A stretch of 64,000 bases of DNA, taken from the NCBI GenBank assembly GCA_965215125.1, contig OZ244052.1, positions 288,001-352,000 on the forward strand, read 5' to 3'. A model generated the notes under the pieces. That model was not told the origin of the DNA, searched no databases, and worked only from the letters and a program-made list of their open reading frames with translations. How positions within the stretch are numbered: the first letter of the stretch is position 1; every line of letters starts with the position of its first letter. Below are positions 40,001 to 45,195 of this stretch, one piece after another. This stretch comes from an uncultured candidatus Porisulfidus sp. GTDB lineage: Bacteria > Pseudomonadota > Gammaproteobacteria > Poriferisulfidales > Oxydemutatoraceae. A program made the position numbers and the translations under genes.

Positions 40001-40766
40001 AACCCATAACGTTACTCTCTGCATAACTGTTAGCAACCCAACCGCGGTTGTCCCCGATCAGGCCGCCGACTTTGTACGCACCGCTTAAATTAATACGCGC
40101 ATAACTATTGACAACCGTGCCTTGATTAGCACCGACCAAACCACCCCCGGTGCCACCTTTGACACTGAGAGTCCCGTTTTCCACGCTACTGTCGCTGATC
40201 CTACCTTCGTTGGTACCGACCAAAGCACCGATCTCAAAATCTCCGCTGATATCGACGTTGAATAGTCTAAGACCGTCAATCTCGGCATGTCTTTGAGTCC
40301 TACCGAATAAACCTACACTATTAATATTTCTATCAATGCGTAGATTAGAAATCTTATGGCCGTTTGCTTTGAATATCGCTGCGAATGGATTTAGAGGAGT
40401 CCCTATAGGTTTCCAACCCGGCCCGATGCTCCAGATATTTTTATTGTGTATAGCTCGGTAGCTCGCATCGTTTTTGAAGTCTAAATCCAAGACCAATTCA
40501 TATCCCTTACAGCCCTCACTTAGCGAACAACCCGAAGTGATTTTCATTGCATTCGCATCGGCTTTATAGCCGCTACCGTCCAGCTGATAACGAATTGCAT
40601 TCAGAGCTTCTAGATTGCAAATTTCTATGAGACCGTCATCGTCTTCATCTATATCTGCCGAGTCGCACGGCATTGAGAACACAGATGATGTCTGCGCATG
40701 TACTGCATGCAGGCATAGTGCCAGCCACAATAGACCGGCACATAACGCCCATTTAGATACCCCCAT
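22035..40766 (-). CDS. Giant (6243 aa) secreted modular surface protein: 11 x [DxDxDGLIE motif + GLUG-type repeat domain], with cadherin-like and Ig-like domains
   Basis: Signal peptide ending LHAVHA-Q. Eleven DxDxDGLIE...GYEL..DL heads, GGLVG.N.G.I.NSYA repeats, WDFG..QYP.LKY ends, and four YQWQ...W..I...Y.D.QGY Ig-like domains. Confidence 0.88.
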   Translation of the reverse strand: MGVSKWALCAGLLWLALCLHAVHAQTSSVFSMPCDSADIDEDDDGLIEICNLEALNAIRYQLDGSGYKADANAMKITSGCSLSEGCKGYELVLDLDFKNDASYRAIHNKNIWSIGPGWKPIGTPLNPFAAIFKANGHKISNLRIDRNINSVGLFGRTQRHAEIDGLRLFNVDISGDFEIGALVGTNEGRISDSSVENGTLSVKGGTGGGLVGANQGTVVNSYARINLSGAYKVGGLIGDNRGWVANSYAESNVMGSADDVGGLIGHNKGSLINTFAGSRVRGLTDNVGGLVGLNSGIITDSYAAGSMEVEYDVRGRYRVGGLVGYNKHSVADSYAIAGVAGKGYTGGLIGLNYVDGRASESTATNSYWDLTTARVFVSAGGVLRTTKQMQSPTAPGTSPEQSYYGWSTDNWDFGSEYHYPILKYVRLPEPTRGRVACTAWTDDGFACGDLLEGQYPHLSDIALDEGLELLPAFDERIFHYRVVVAERTDRLRLTPTAVDQTAIIDVTYDGGSSRRMNSGAQSLIPLDVATDTNLITVARQYKINVFYPLKIKGIPLNNRISEGEHLRLEASMRRGSDARTVDYRWDQLSGVSLLSGIDTRQPVLEITVPEDLIAVNDESADIVLQVQASDGIITDNKELTLTIVKVENGSAVVAVAAPTFIEETFTLVVPELNLEDLSGDSDGIESLDIVGYQWQSKSPAANDEWKDIKDASEAHYDIPISSGLADRTQYRVRLIYRDGQGYSNDTIVSEKFILPILDLDRDDDGLIEIRYLEDLAAMYYERSGDAYRESSDVPGITRGCPANKCTGYELLRDLDFNDDGSYRDLNNKRRWTEMNLWLYPGILGHNNPFRATFEGNGYTISNLKIHDTGIGFASLFGRTAGKIMNLGLLNVDISGQTFIGGLAGFNEGIIANCYVTGSVKMNASLFSSAQVGGLVGLQTSDNSDLVPLIINSYANVNVQGNGLCAGGLVGRNEAKIINSYAIGDVKGDALHTGGLVGFNGTKATILNGYAIGDIRGIDRIGGLVGHSNGIVKHSYAATKLSGIGRIGGLIGASNDTAQIINSYWDSLIENIHYSAGGTSKTTIELQTSTADESTTETDVYYGWRNADWDFGTRKQYPILKYVQTSDLHQDFSFCINTASDDSALPVCGSQLPDRKRGLSDLTILAEGDISLSPIFRGSLKDYNLTIAGRKDRLNMIAKAIESDALIDIGVDGEIIDKGIESGVASSAILLDSESVIRIVVTVKGKTRDRYTFNVSYIPFKKVDEDGNGLIEIRKLEDLNAIRYNLYGTAYKAAPEAPEFTTGCPLQGCRGYELISDLDFQDDASYRRIENKAVWGQGEGWQPIGSELQPFKAVFKGNIKTIDKLLINRPTTDNVGLFGVVGKDAEIDGVALLNVDILGKLRVGGLAGINFSGTIFNSYVSGHIKAEGGADSRVGGLVGINAGVIGNSHAAGYLTATDAVVSAGGLVGRNSPSGSISDSYATGTIEGGRNTGGLVGTNHRAVITRSYAAVFSVSDNTETGGLVGNNNRGSISNSYWDITIADAKDAEMISSISNGVAGLATEKLKGPAAPGSTLTEVYFNWSTENWDFGTSEQYPALKYNHPDCRRLNVTPCGTVFPNQNYNRLRNLVLSEGVWLVPTFESSIFTYDMYVNADIERIRATPTAELPTFIGIYKDGIFIGNVTSGAVSEPIVLDGTDLRFIVENTSLFAYTIKTHRLDRVIDDIDKDNDGLIEINNLEELNEIRYQPDGTGYRASANTSKITLGCPADGCRGYELDRDLDFEDIASYRNTYHRDLSNKDIWTASEGGWQPIESFNGVFKANGKTLSNLRINRPALSNVGLFADTGEHALIEGVALLDVELRGGESIGSLVAHSKGRVINSYATGVVVADNNKILDIGGLVAYSTGQIIGSYAYVDINVTTATQKFSLGIGGLVGRNDGIVSNSYAGGDVHDSGNTLMFGGLLRKISTGGLVGSNIGTINNAYSTGNIQANVIAGGLIGRNAGSVANSYTISHVSSGSNGGLIAKNNQGRVKQSYWNAEISGQRYSAAGTSATTVQLKAPVVPGEIRGEIYFNWNVADWDFGTSSQYPVLKYRDAHCGTAQQLTNCGALLFDQRFGLQDLKASAGVALFPSFEPETFNYDLTLDADRPNFSLIATAVNFDDRIELSIDGKTGIPIINGESSPIISADSSHITIQVEAKNGRVTVYTIRVHRLAFPITDIDRDNDGLIEIDNLEELDAIRYRLDGSGYRESGSAPVITVGCPEEGCRGYELARDLDFKVDGSYRDPEVNKKAWSEGEGWLPIGDEQEPFVGVFNANGKTLSNLFIDRPDSDIVGLFAELGTNARVEGLGLLDLKLVGNDKVGGLAGIGDGVIVNSYAVGEVEGRRGRVGGLVGENRTSGAIVNSYARIEVSGIYYVGGLVGINAGRIRNCYAISRVVARGYGAGGLVGRNYLEGTIINNYAIGDVIAISEVGGFVGNNSNKGRIRNNYAAGRVIADGRGVGGFIGVNNNSGVLSYNYWDIQKSGIITGIIGSAGHSTVNLKTSTSPTGTIYTGWSTDAWDFGTREQYPILKYIAATDVATAFRDKPACGGLSLVRCGTPISDQDIGLVDLKLVSEGFHLAPHFSRSISNYRLTVFSDTEHIRLIPIAHATDADIRITVGNAFDEYVANATTSSEIPLNTSRTSKVVIEVQTQGGSVAQYVIAVARLRFATSGYRIDRDQDGLIEIDYIEDLHAIRYQPDGRGYRANSTASLISVGCPSGVCRGYELTTDLDFENDDSYRIATINKQAWTLNRGWLPIGDRQHPFTADFYGNRRTISNLKINRPDTDAVGLFGVIGRNARISGLDLFVAEIIGGDGVGIVAGRNNGMIVSSRAQGSVVGGDRVGGLAGENTQSGVIINSHTDASVRGANSSGGFVGFNEGRIAVCYANGKVQAEGERVGGFVGLNFGGVINNGYAVVNVSGADSVGGFIGSHSLGKGGVLHSYAIGSVSSGGQNIGGFGGINEGGTFKANYWDLETSGIKISIAGSTGLDTRSLQSPTTPTERVYVGWRTDIWDFGTDTQYPSLKYTSGVGVAATFNNKPACNSHERDARCGVALSYQYTDLADLVPAARGFHLFPTFEPFIHDYSMTVFADTRAIQLVATAYDANATIRIVSDTGFDEIVTGANESSRIPLHGSRPTVITLTMEKQDHSAAVYTITVNALPFTVKENRVDRDGDGLIEIHRLEDLNAIRYQLDGSGYRVSSTASKITAGCPENVCKGYELAKSLDFADNKSYRTDTMNKKIRASDEGWLPIGDERDSFTAVFDGNNKKISNLKINRPDTDAVGLIGVLGEDGRIGNIGLSDITVTGNNKVGALVGMSHGVIVNIRARGEVTGQYRVGGLVGESDAAIVTSHADISVKGAYYIGGLIGSNEGNITGCYATGDVVAENNDIGGFVGTNVGGVIRNNYAHGDVEGIDNVGGFVGSNSQRGIITNNYAIGKVNGDGTNVGGFAGANSGIVYSRNYWNIQTSGIRTSTLGNSGLDTASLKMLPHKDVYAGWSNTAWHFETGFYPHLKHVKGIAITNLLANEAACGMLSGIVCGTLVLGQRIGLADLYVVGEGLNLLPEFHNRTSDYRVTVYADNDHIRFVPITYGKSIELGNNSLIEISDDNSFSENLANATTSSAIPLNAIGTTTITIVVRTENDETVRYTIVAANHGFLNAGDRVDKDGDGLIELNYLEDLYAIRYQPDGSGYRTDFNESRVTSGCATGGCVGYELVRDLDFEDPLSYRNAIHYRTTWIEGRGWLPIGGEKNPFIGRFNGDGYTISNLTINRPQTDDVALFARLSDEALINNVVLSDIDIRGRHRVGGLVAVNGGNIESSQTDGSVVGYQEVGGMTGRNVIGAEINASFAAVLLRGNVRAGGLVGINQGVVHSSYARGRIVGYARDGDSTQIGGLVGYNDNQVVNSFAFNNVEGGDVVGGLVGVNNTGRTIINSYAINTVSGTVSVGGLVGLNESDARIINSYTDGEVSGGHNIGGLVGANSGTINNTYALGSVSGSRTVGGLVGINSGAVGNSYAAVSMVGRVRVGGLSGVGDSGLITHSYWDTHLSSVRHSAGGEGFGTSVLKAPIAASEVSFLPYYRWRNEDWHFGDTNQYPTLKYTSSALNMRAACSIARELPNCGSLLLPYGLRSLEVSEPSHMSPPFEFSHFNYRLVLNQGESHINLIPTAFVGDTKITVKVSDSVHAVGNSGETIPSILLKPEDETVITIEVAGIVYSLTVADLPMSDVVRDIDDDDDGLIEINYLEDLYAVRYQPSGAAYQTRDEARPVTTGCAVDGCRGYELVRDLDFALDESYRDPNSNKTLFTSRQGWQPIGSLGSEPLNCLFKGNGYSISNLIITRSNTNSVGLFGVIAENAEIDGIGLLNFDIKGASLVGGLVGSNDGGKIVNSYSIGRLSAIDRAGGLVGKNTGTILNSYTGGQISGIEYLGGLIGENQAKIANSYAMNRITGRSHGGGLVGLNKGVIENSYAIGGVRLDGGSPASGLIGSVSSGTIVHSYWDIKTSGITVGTHGIGLGSEALKTPVTAGIVAGDVYYDWPRRDWDFGSTKQYPALKYANGDDTLLPHQRDGLYRLIVSDEVLIFPAFNTHVFDYQLTVPPETDLIRLQAIAIHDNAKITVNTGDLIGKQLGFIIVDIPLAHSGATNIAVTVETESRRSVLYKFVVNRSPAMQISGIPRRAIEEGERIMLDGSHHLDNGSFEYLWTQTSGPSMLSSVVTNRAVLDFTVPVDLLAKTVLYSETILTLEVKAGDSVMKKDLPLIINKRNNGSVTKRFSAPVLRDTELTASVELSSDPDSGGDPKTVAYQWQSLAPIAAAHWRNIRGATARYYAIPASVLDATRYRVLISYVDGQGYIHENMDSEAFTATDIDKDGDGLIEIHDVQDLYAMYYALDGSSYRRNIGATTSTVGCPETGCRGYELSKDLDLRGELWKPVGSESKPFTAIFKGNHYKIFNLNINSRRSDVIGLFGATSGTAEIDGIGLVYASIIGRGNIGSLVGINKGIVSDSYAVESQVEGSRYGVGGLIGTNDGGGNFSALVINSYANVAVYARSVDDSFVIAGGLVGQNINTATITHSYAKGDVNSPCGAGGLVGYSRGTHGKIENSYATGDVLLRTVPTARCREHNLGYIGGLVGINDASVIENSYAIGRVWSNGSDGLGGLVGRSRRYIDTKNSYWNVTTSGVKTSAGGTSKTTVQLQSPTEAGDTAFEVYYDWSSDDWDFGTKVQYPYLKYAPVKGECSILQLLRCDILLSNQDKSTGLVQLILLGGARLVPTFDPKILVYKVVLNDADSIEFIPIAENPNIGSRIGKNGIFIKAVTTGERVSIPLKETATNLITIDLVEPDQRMGRYELHVNHAPEVMISGIPDAGEASEGMRIGLDASGSSDNNEADLLRYEWEQLSGPPLSLNFEQKMNPNLDFIVPEDLVAQSTTNDEVILRVTVSDGVDATEMDIPIRIKKRNNGGVAIDAPEFIGAFTMSAPKIELSGDPDGVGDEGDISYQWQRRIGTSWQDILDASYKTYSFASNTTGSTTHRVKVTYIDGQGYSNTTFSKTINYIKNVDRDGDGLIEIGALEELNAIRYVLDGSGYKESFADQIISQGCPISGCKGYELIRSLDFKHDASYRNPSVNKKVWSEGRGWQPIGDASNSFVANFDGNGYTISNLTIKSGDYDVGFFGVKGNTAKINNIGLLHTDIRGESNIGGLVGSNIGGMISNSYVIGSIAGDHIVGGLVGFNRSGKIRNSYARVDVEGDMLIGGLVAYDLEGIINNNYINGNIVGNSVVGGLIGLGTNITLSNSYMVGQVVAGDDVGGLVGLGLKLNPEAIMNSYWNVEANRASNSPYGIALSTAQMQRPTAPGTTLTEVYYGWNNIDWDFGDESQYPVLKDASGELLPFQRIGLIDLTLSDPARMFPRFNPEIFHYDVTIADDTPYLRVLPIALNADVRINDFTVSSGELSPPITLHAMTTTVIVIHTLTQRALPVQYTLSVNNRFPQVAIDVIPRERLDEGEDIILDVSTGDPDDNPLRYRWSQHSGVDILSAVDRLSGIITDQGTADLSFKIPENLLDAAQDDDRIIFDLTVADDTASVKKSISLYISKKNNGAIVSLPAPILQDESYAVPEIDSLLSQDLDGVTYPDTIQYQWQKYERTRWVDINGETGTSYTPHVAEIDHPYRVFASYTDDQGYRESVASDETIYSTFRATMLKIYLHIRVLLEGLLPVGTE

Positions 40767-41000
40767 TATTGGCCCCTCCTATCTAAACGGTATTAATCGT
40801 ATAGAGTGTTTATTTTAATTGATCAATGATGCAAATTATGCAGAGATTTTTTTTAACTAGAATACAAAAGGATAAAAAGTACTACTATCGGTATGGCGGC
40901 ATCGGCGGTGTTACATCCGGCATAGTTTCCATAAATCGGTGGATGCATATCAATCATGCCGCACACAGAGCGCAGTCGGATTTTGCGTAATTCGTGTTCT

Positions 41001-42008
41001 CTAGTACCAGATTTTCGGTTTGCCTAGAAACCGATAGCGCACCGAATTGATCAGGTATTGATATGTGAACTTAACGCATGGAGGAGAACATATAAAAAAC
41101 TTCACCCCTTTATGTCTATACAATATCCAAGGAATGGCATCTATGTGTTGTATAGGTAGATTAGGATCCATTGCGATTTGTTTAATGAGTATTGCGGTCG
41201 GCAATCTAAGCACATACGCGGTCCCCGAACCGGTCCCTTCGCTAGGGTTGGCGATATAATGCTTAGCTGTGATTTTATGCCACGATGCTTTGTCGCGACT
41301 TAACGGTGTACCTATTTCCGATGAATAATATCGTGGCAACCAGAAATGTGTGCCGGGTTCATTAATATTAATTCTCTTGGCATCGGCATATTTTTTCTTT
41401 AGAAATTTTCCATAACGGGTATTAAAATATAGATAATTTCCGATAATATCAAAATAACATCTAATAACACCTAGGGCAGCCAAGTACGCAGTATACGGGC
41501 GTAAATTCGGATAGCATCGCTTATAGAGCACGATTCTGATGAGACCCCTATAAACCTTCATTCGTATAGGCGAACTACAAGTCCTAAATAAATTAATCAT
41601 GATTTTATTGGGGGTCCTTCCATAACTACTAAGTTTCAGTATATCCCACGATATTTTCATCGCAGAAGCCAATATTTTAGGAAAATCGGGTAGTATATAA
41701 GAATCGTCTTCTAATACGCACGCAGCAGGAATATTATTCTCTATCATCAAATGATACGCCTTTATATGGCTTAACATCACCGCAAACCCTCTATCTTTGA
41801 GTACTTTATATTTGTACTCCATAATGTCTTCGTCTATATCCAGTTGACGAGCGGTTTCTCTTCTATACTCTTTAGAATCTAACTCGTATTTGTCGATCGC
41901 ATCCACAAAACGATAGCTTAAGCCCAAAGCATCAAGCTGTCTTTGTATATAAAGTTTTCTTTCCGGTGTCCGTTTGAGATTGATTACATAAATAGGAGGA
42001 ATGGACAT
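41001..42008 (-). CDS. GT25 family glycosyltransferase
   Basis: IYVINLKRTPERK, FVDAID, LSHIKAY, VLEDD, GTAYVL. Confidence 0.85.
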   Translation of the reverse strand: MSIPPIYVINLKRTPERKLYIQRQLDALGLSYRFVDAIDKYELDSKEYRRETARQLDIDEDIMEYKYKVLKDRGFAVMLSHIKAYHLMIENNIPAACVLEDDSYILPDFPKILASAMKISWDILKLSSYGRTPNKIMINLFRTCSSPIRMKVYRGLIRIVLYKRCYPNLRPYTAYLAALGVIRCYFDIIGNYLYFNTRYGKFLKKKYADAKRININEPGTHFWLPRYYSSEIGTPLSRDKASWHKITAKHYIANPSEGTGSGTAYVLRLPTAILIKQIAMDPNLPIQHIDAIPWILYRHKGVKFFICSPPCVKFTYQYLINSVRYRFLGKPKIWY

Positions 42009-42167
42009 GGAATAATATAAAAGGCTTTGTTACACACGCTGCGTCTATCCGATTGTAGCATACCTAAAACTGAAAAAATTATAATAACATAAACAAGATA
42101 CGCAAATCACCCATAAGCACTATTCGGGGTTGTTGAAAAAATGTCGATAAAAACTTAAACTACTCTA

Positions 42168-43046
42168 TTGACTATGCGTGTAACAATAATAGGCGGCAGC
42201 GGGTTTGTAGGCAGTGCTTTAACAAACACATTGTCGGCTCTAAATCATGAAATTATCCTCTTGAGCCGCAGTTCTGTTGCGGACGGTTTGTCCTCGCGCG
42301 TCAAACTGCGGGTCTACAAACCACAAAATTTCTCTGCCGAATTATTGAGCGATTGCGATTGCGTTATCAACTTGGTCGGGATATTGAATAAACGCATCTT
42401 ACATCCGCAAGATTTTCATGATGCGCACATAGAGTTAGTGAGACAAGTTATACACGCGTGTCGCTCGGCAAACATTCGACGCTACTTACATGTCGGTGCC
42501 TTGAATGCAAATCCACAAGGACCCAGTGAATATCTAAAAACAAAATACGCCGGCGAAAGGCTTGCGTTCGAAGCCGATAGCTTAGATGTCACAAGTTTTA
42601 GACCTTCGGTAATATTCGGTTCCAAGGATAGCTTTCTGAATCGCTTTGCTCGACTTCTTAAACTACTTCCCGTCCCGATATTCCCGCTTGCCTGCGCAGA
42701 TACCCTATTCGCACCGGTTTATGTCGATGAACTGGCAACACGAATTGTAGAAAGCATCGATGACGATAAAACTATAGGTCAATGTATCAATCTCTGCGGA
42801 CCTAAACAATACACACTCGAACAAATCGTAAGCTATGTTGCACACCTACTCGGCAAGCGGGTGAAAATTATAGTCTTGCACGACAGTCTAGCAAAGCTAC
42901 AAGCACGATTTTGCGATTTTGTTCCGGGCCGACCTTTTAGTTTTGATAATTACCTCTCGCTACAAGTAGACAGTATCTGTAGCGCAAGCGATACCTTATG
43001 TAGCACTCCTATGGAAGCTATCGCACCGAACTATATCAAACCTTAA
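42168..43046 (+). CDS. NAD(P)-binding SDR, complex I NDUFA9-like
   Basis: GGSGFVG, INLVGIL, SEYLKTK..GE, RPSVIFG..DSFLNRF. Confidence 0.88.
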   Translation: MTMRVTIIGGSGFVGSALTNTLSALNHEIILLSRSSVADGLSSRVKLRVYKPQNFSAELLSDCDCVINLVGILNKRILHPQDFHDAHIELVRQVIHACRSANIRRYLHVGALNANPQGPSEYLKTKYAGERLAFEADSLDVTSFRPSVIFGSKDSFLNRFARLLKLLPVPIFPLACADTLFAPVYVDELATRIVESIDDDKTIGQCINLCGPKQYTLEQIVSYVAHLLGKRVKIIVLHDSLAKLQARFCDFVPGRPFSFDNYLSLQVDSICSASDTLCSTPMEAIAPNYIKP

Positions 43047-43085
43047 CGCATTGGAGGGTTATTCCCCTCCTGTGGAGGGGTGGCA

Positions 43086-44894
43086 CCCTAATTTCTCAAT
43101 AGAGCATGAAAATTGCATGTGATGGATAATTTACTGCTAAATTATCAGGGCAATCGCCTGAACCCGAAACTGAATGCCACATCATTGCTCGGTGACGGGA
43201 GATAAACTCCTATTGAGAGCTAAATGAAGCATCAAAGTACTCTAATCTCTAGTATTAGGGTATGCTGGGGCATGGCATCTACTTTGATTGATGCCTTATG
43301 AGTAATGAAGAGATAAGGTGGCTAGTTAATGTAGCAAGGGGTATCGCATATCCGGCAATAGCTTGCCGATAGTCTCATCAAGGTCTGAGAAAACTCCACT
43401 CAATAAACTACGATGCACTTCGTGTAGTTTGAGCTTCCATTGCCGACCCTGTCGTACAATCTTCGCCGCTAAACCAAACAGGCGGACCCTGAGCGTCGGG
43501 GCTCTAGAGGAACGAAACTGTTTAGCTAAGCCGGCACGCATCAGTGCGAACACATTGTAGGCTAAAGCACACACACAAACATACAGAGCATTGGCAGCAA
43601 AATCACTACACGGCAAACGACCGGCAACAAAATCCGATTTGAGTTCTTTAATGCGGTTTTCGGAATGCTCACCGCGTTGATTATACTCATGTACAATCTG
43701 TGCATCGTCTAGCCCGTTGATGTTAGTCGCAATCACACGATAGTCATACTTGTCGGGTTGATAGCGCAGCTGTTCAGACAGTCCCGACAACTCCGGTTGG
43801 TTAGACTGTCGGGCGGCTTCGCTCTTGAGGCGGCGTTGAATGACTAGCGTAAATACGAGGTTGCTGCGATACATCTGATAAGTGCAGCGAGCCACATAGT
43901 CGTGGGGTGATAAACTGCCGTCGCTTAATCGCAATGGTCGCCAGTCTGCTTCCGACAGACCAGCAATCGCTTGCGCTATTGACGGGTACATCGGCGCACG
44001 AATAACAAACTCTATTCCTTGAGCTACTAGATATTCAATGATTGCTTGTTGATACCCTGCCGAGTCGATACGCACCCGCTTGAGTATTACGCCACTCGGC
44101 AACTGTGCTTGGCAGGTCTTGATGAAACCGATATTATCAAAGTTCGGGGAGACATTGCCGTGGCGCAACTCAACGGCGATGACTTGACCCACTTCAGCTA
44201 GCGTGCCGACCATTAGCATGAAACCACGCTCCTTAAAACGCGTCCATTTAGCACCGACTTTCTCGGTCAAAATAGTAGTCGCATCAATATCCAAAGTCAC
44301 ATGCTTTACTTTCCACAACTTCAGGGTCTTGGCAATCACCGTGCGATTGAGCTGGTGAACTAAACCGGCACCGGCTTGACCATGGCGTTTCAACCACCTC
44401 GCCAAAGTGTCTGCTCCCGGTATCTTGTTAATACCTCCCAGCTTAAGCAACACCCTTTCGGTGTGTAAATGGCAGACATCCTCAAGGCATCTCGCACCCT
44501 CGTTGAGCATCAAGATGAAGCTCGTTAGAATGTCGCCATTGCGGTAGCCACGATTGCTACCCGGTGCCGCAAACACAGTGTCTGCTTGTGGCTTAAGTTG
44601 TAGTGCTTTGAGCACTTTAATCAATGCCAACAAACCACAACGAGAGGTCAATTTCTGGTGGGTGGTAGCTAGCGTATACGATGATTGATTGTGCTGATTT
44701 TTTTGTTTTGACATAATACCTCCGAAGTTATTAATTGGTAAATAGTAACAAAAAAATAAGGCGTTGTACAGAGTTTTATGTAAAAAATTAGTAATAATTA
44801 TGTTTCACCTAATGGGTGAATTGGGAATATGCATGAGAGTGTTGCAACATAAGAGATTACGGACTTTTGCAGGTGGTCTATTGCGGAATTAGGG
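43086..44894 (-). mobile_element. IS1380-family insertion sequence (1809 bp)
   Basis: IRs CCCTAATTTCTCAATAGA / CCCTAATTCCGCAATAGA. TSD TGGCA at 43081-43085 and 44895-44899. Confidence 0.9.
43326..44714 (-). CDS. IS1380-family DDE transposase
   Basis: TLDIDAT, LRHGN, RIDSAGY, YNQRGEHSENRIKELK, FAANA. Confidence 0.92.
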   Translation of the reverse strand: MSKQKNQHNQSSYTLATTHQKLTSRCGLLALIKVLKALQLKPQADTVFAAPGSNRGYRNGDILTSFILMLNEGARCLEDVCHLHTERVLLKLGGINKIPGADTLARWLKRHGQAGAGLVHQLNRTVIAKTLKLWKVKHVTLDIDATTILTEKVGAKWTRFKERGFMLMVGTLAEVGQVIAVELRHGNVSPNFDNIGFIKTCQAQLPSGVILKRVRIDSAGYQQAIIEYLVAQGIEFVIRAPMYPSIAQAIAGLSEADWRPLRLSDGSLSPHDYVARCTYQMYRSNLVFTLVIQRRLKSEAARQSNQPELSGLSEQLRYQPDKYDYRVIATNINGLDDAQIVHEYNQRGEHSENRIKELKSDFVAGRLPCSDFAANALYVCVCALAYNVFALMRAGLAKQFRSSRAPTLRVRLFGLAAKIVRQGRQWKLKLHEVHRSLLSGVFSDLDETIGKLLPDMRYPLLH

Positions 44895-45195
44895 TGGCAG
44901 GCGTAGCCTGACGGGGTGGTTATTCCCCTCCTGTGGAGGGATGGCAGGCGCAGCCTGACGGGGTGGTTATTCCCCTCCTGTGGAGGGATGGCAGGCGCAG
45001 CCTGACAGGGTGGTTATTCCCCTCCTGTGGAGGGATGGCAGGCGCAGCCTGACGGGGTGGTTATTCCCCTCCTGTGGAGGGATGGCAGGCGCAGCCTGAC
45101 AGGGTGGTTATTCCCCTCCTGTGGAGGGATGGCAGGCGCAGCCTGACGGGGTGGTTATTCCCCTCCTGTGGAGGGGAATAAACCAGCACTTTACT

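Larger units (their letters stand above)
43059..45183. repeat. 47-bp tandem palindromic array (about 6.5 units), first unit split by IS1380
   Basis: Unit ttattcccctcctgtggagggatggcaggcgcagcctgacggggtgg starts at 43059 (interrupted), 44920, 44967, 45014, 45061, 45108 and 45155 (partial). Confidence 0.92.

Noticed and set aside
22035-40766. Diversity-generating retroelement or RTX/autotransporter assignment for the giant protein
   Set aside because: No reverse transcriptase or TR/VR pair, no GGxGxD nonapeptides, and no C-terminal beta-barrel.
22158-40818. Many plus-strand ORFs inside the giant gene and opposite housekeeping genes
   Set aside because: Antisense shadow ORFs of real genes.
44892-45183. 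Possible CRISPR array
   Set aside because: Units are contiguous and near-identical with no unique spacers, there are no cas genes, and the same unit is dispersed as a REP-like module.
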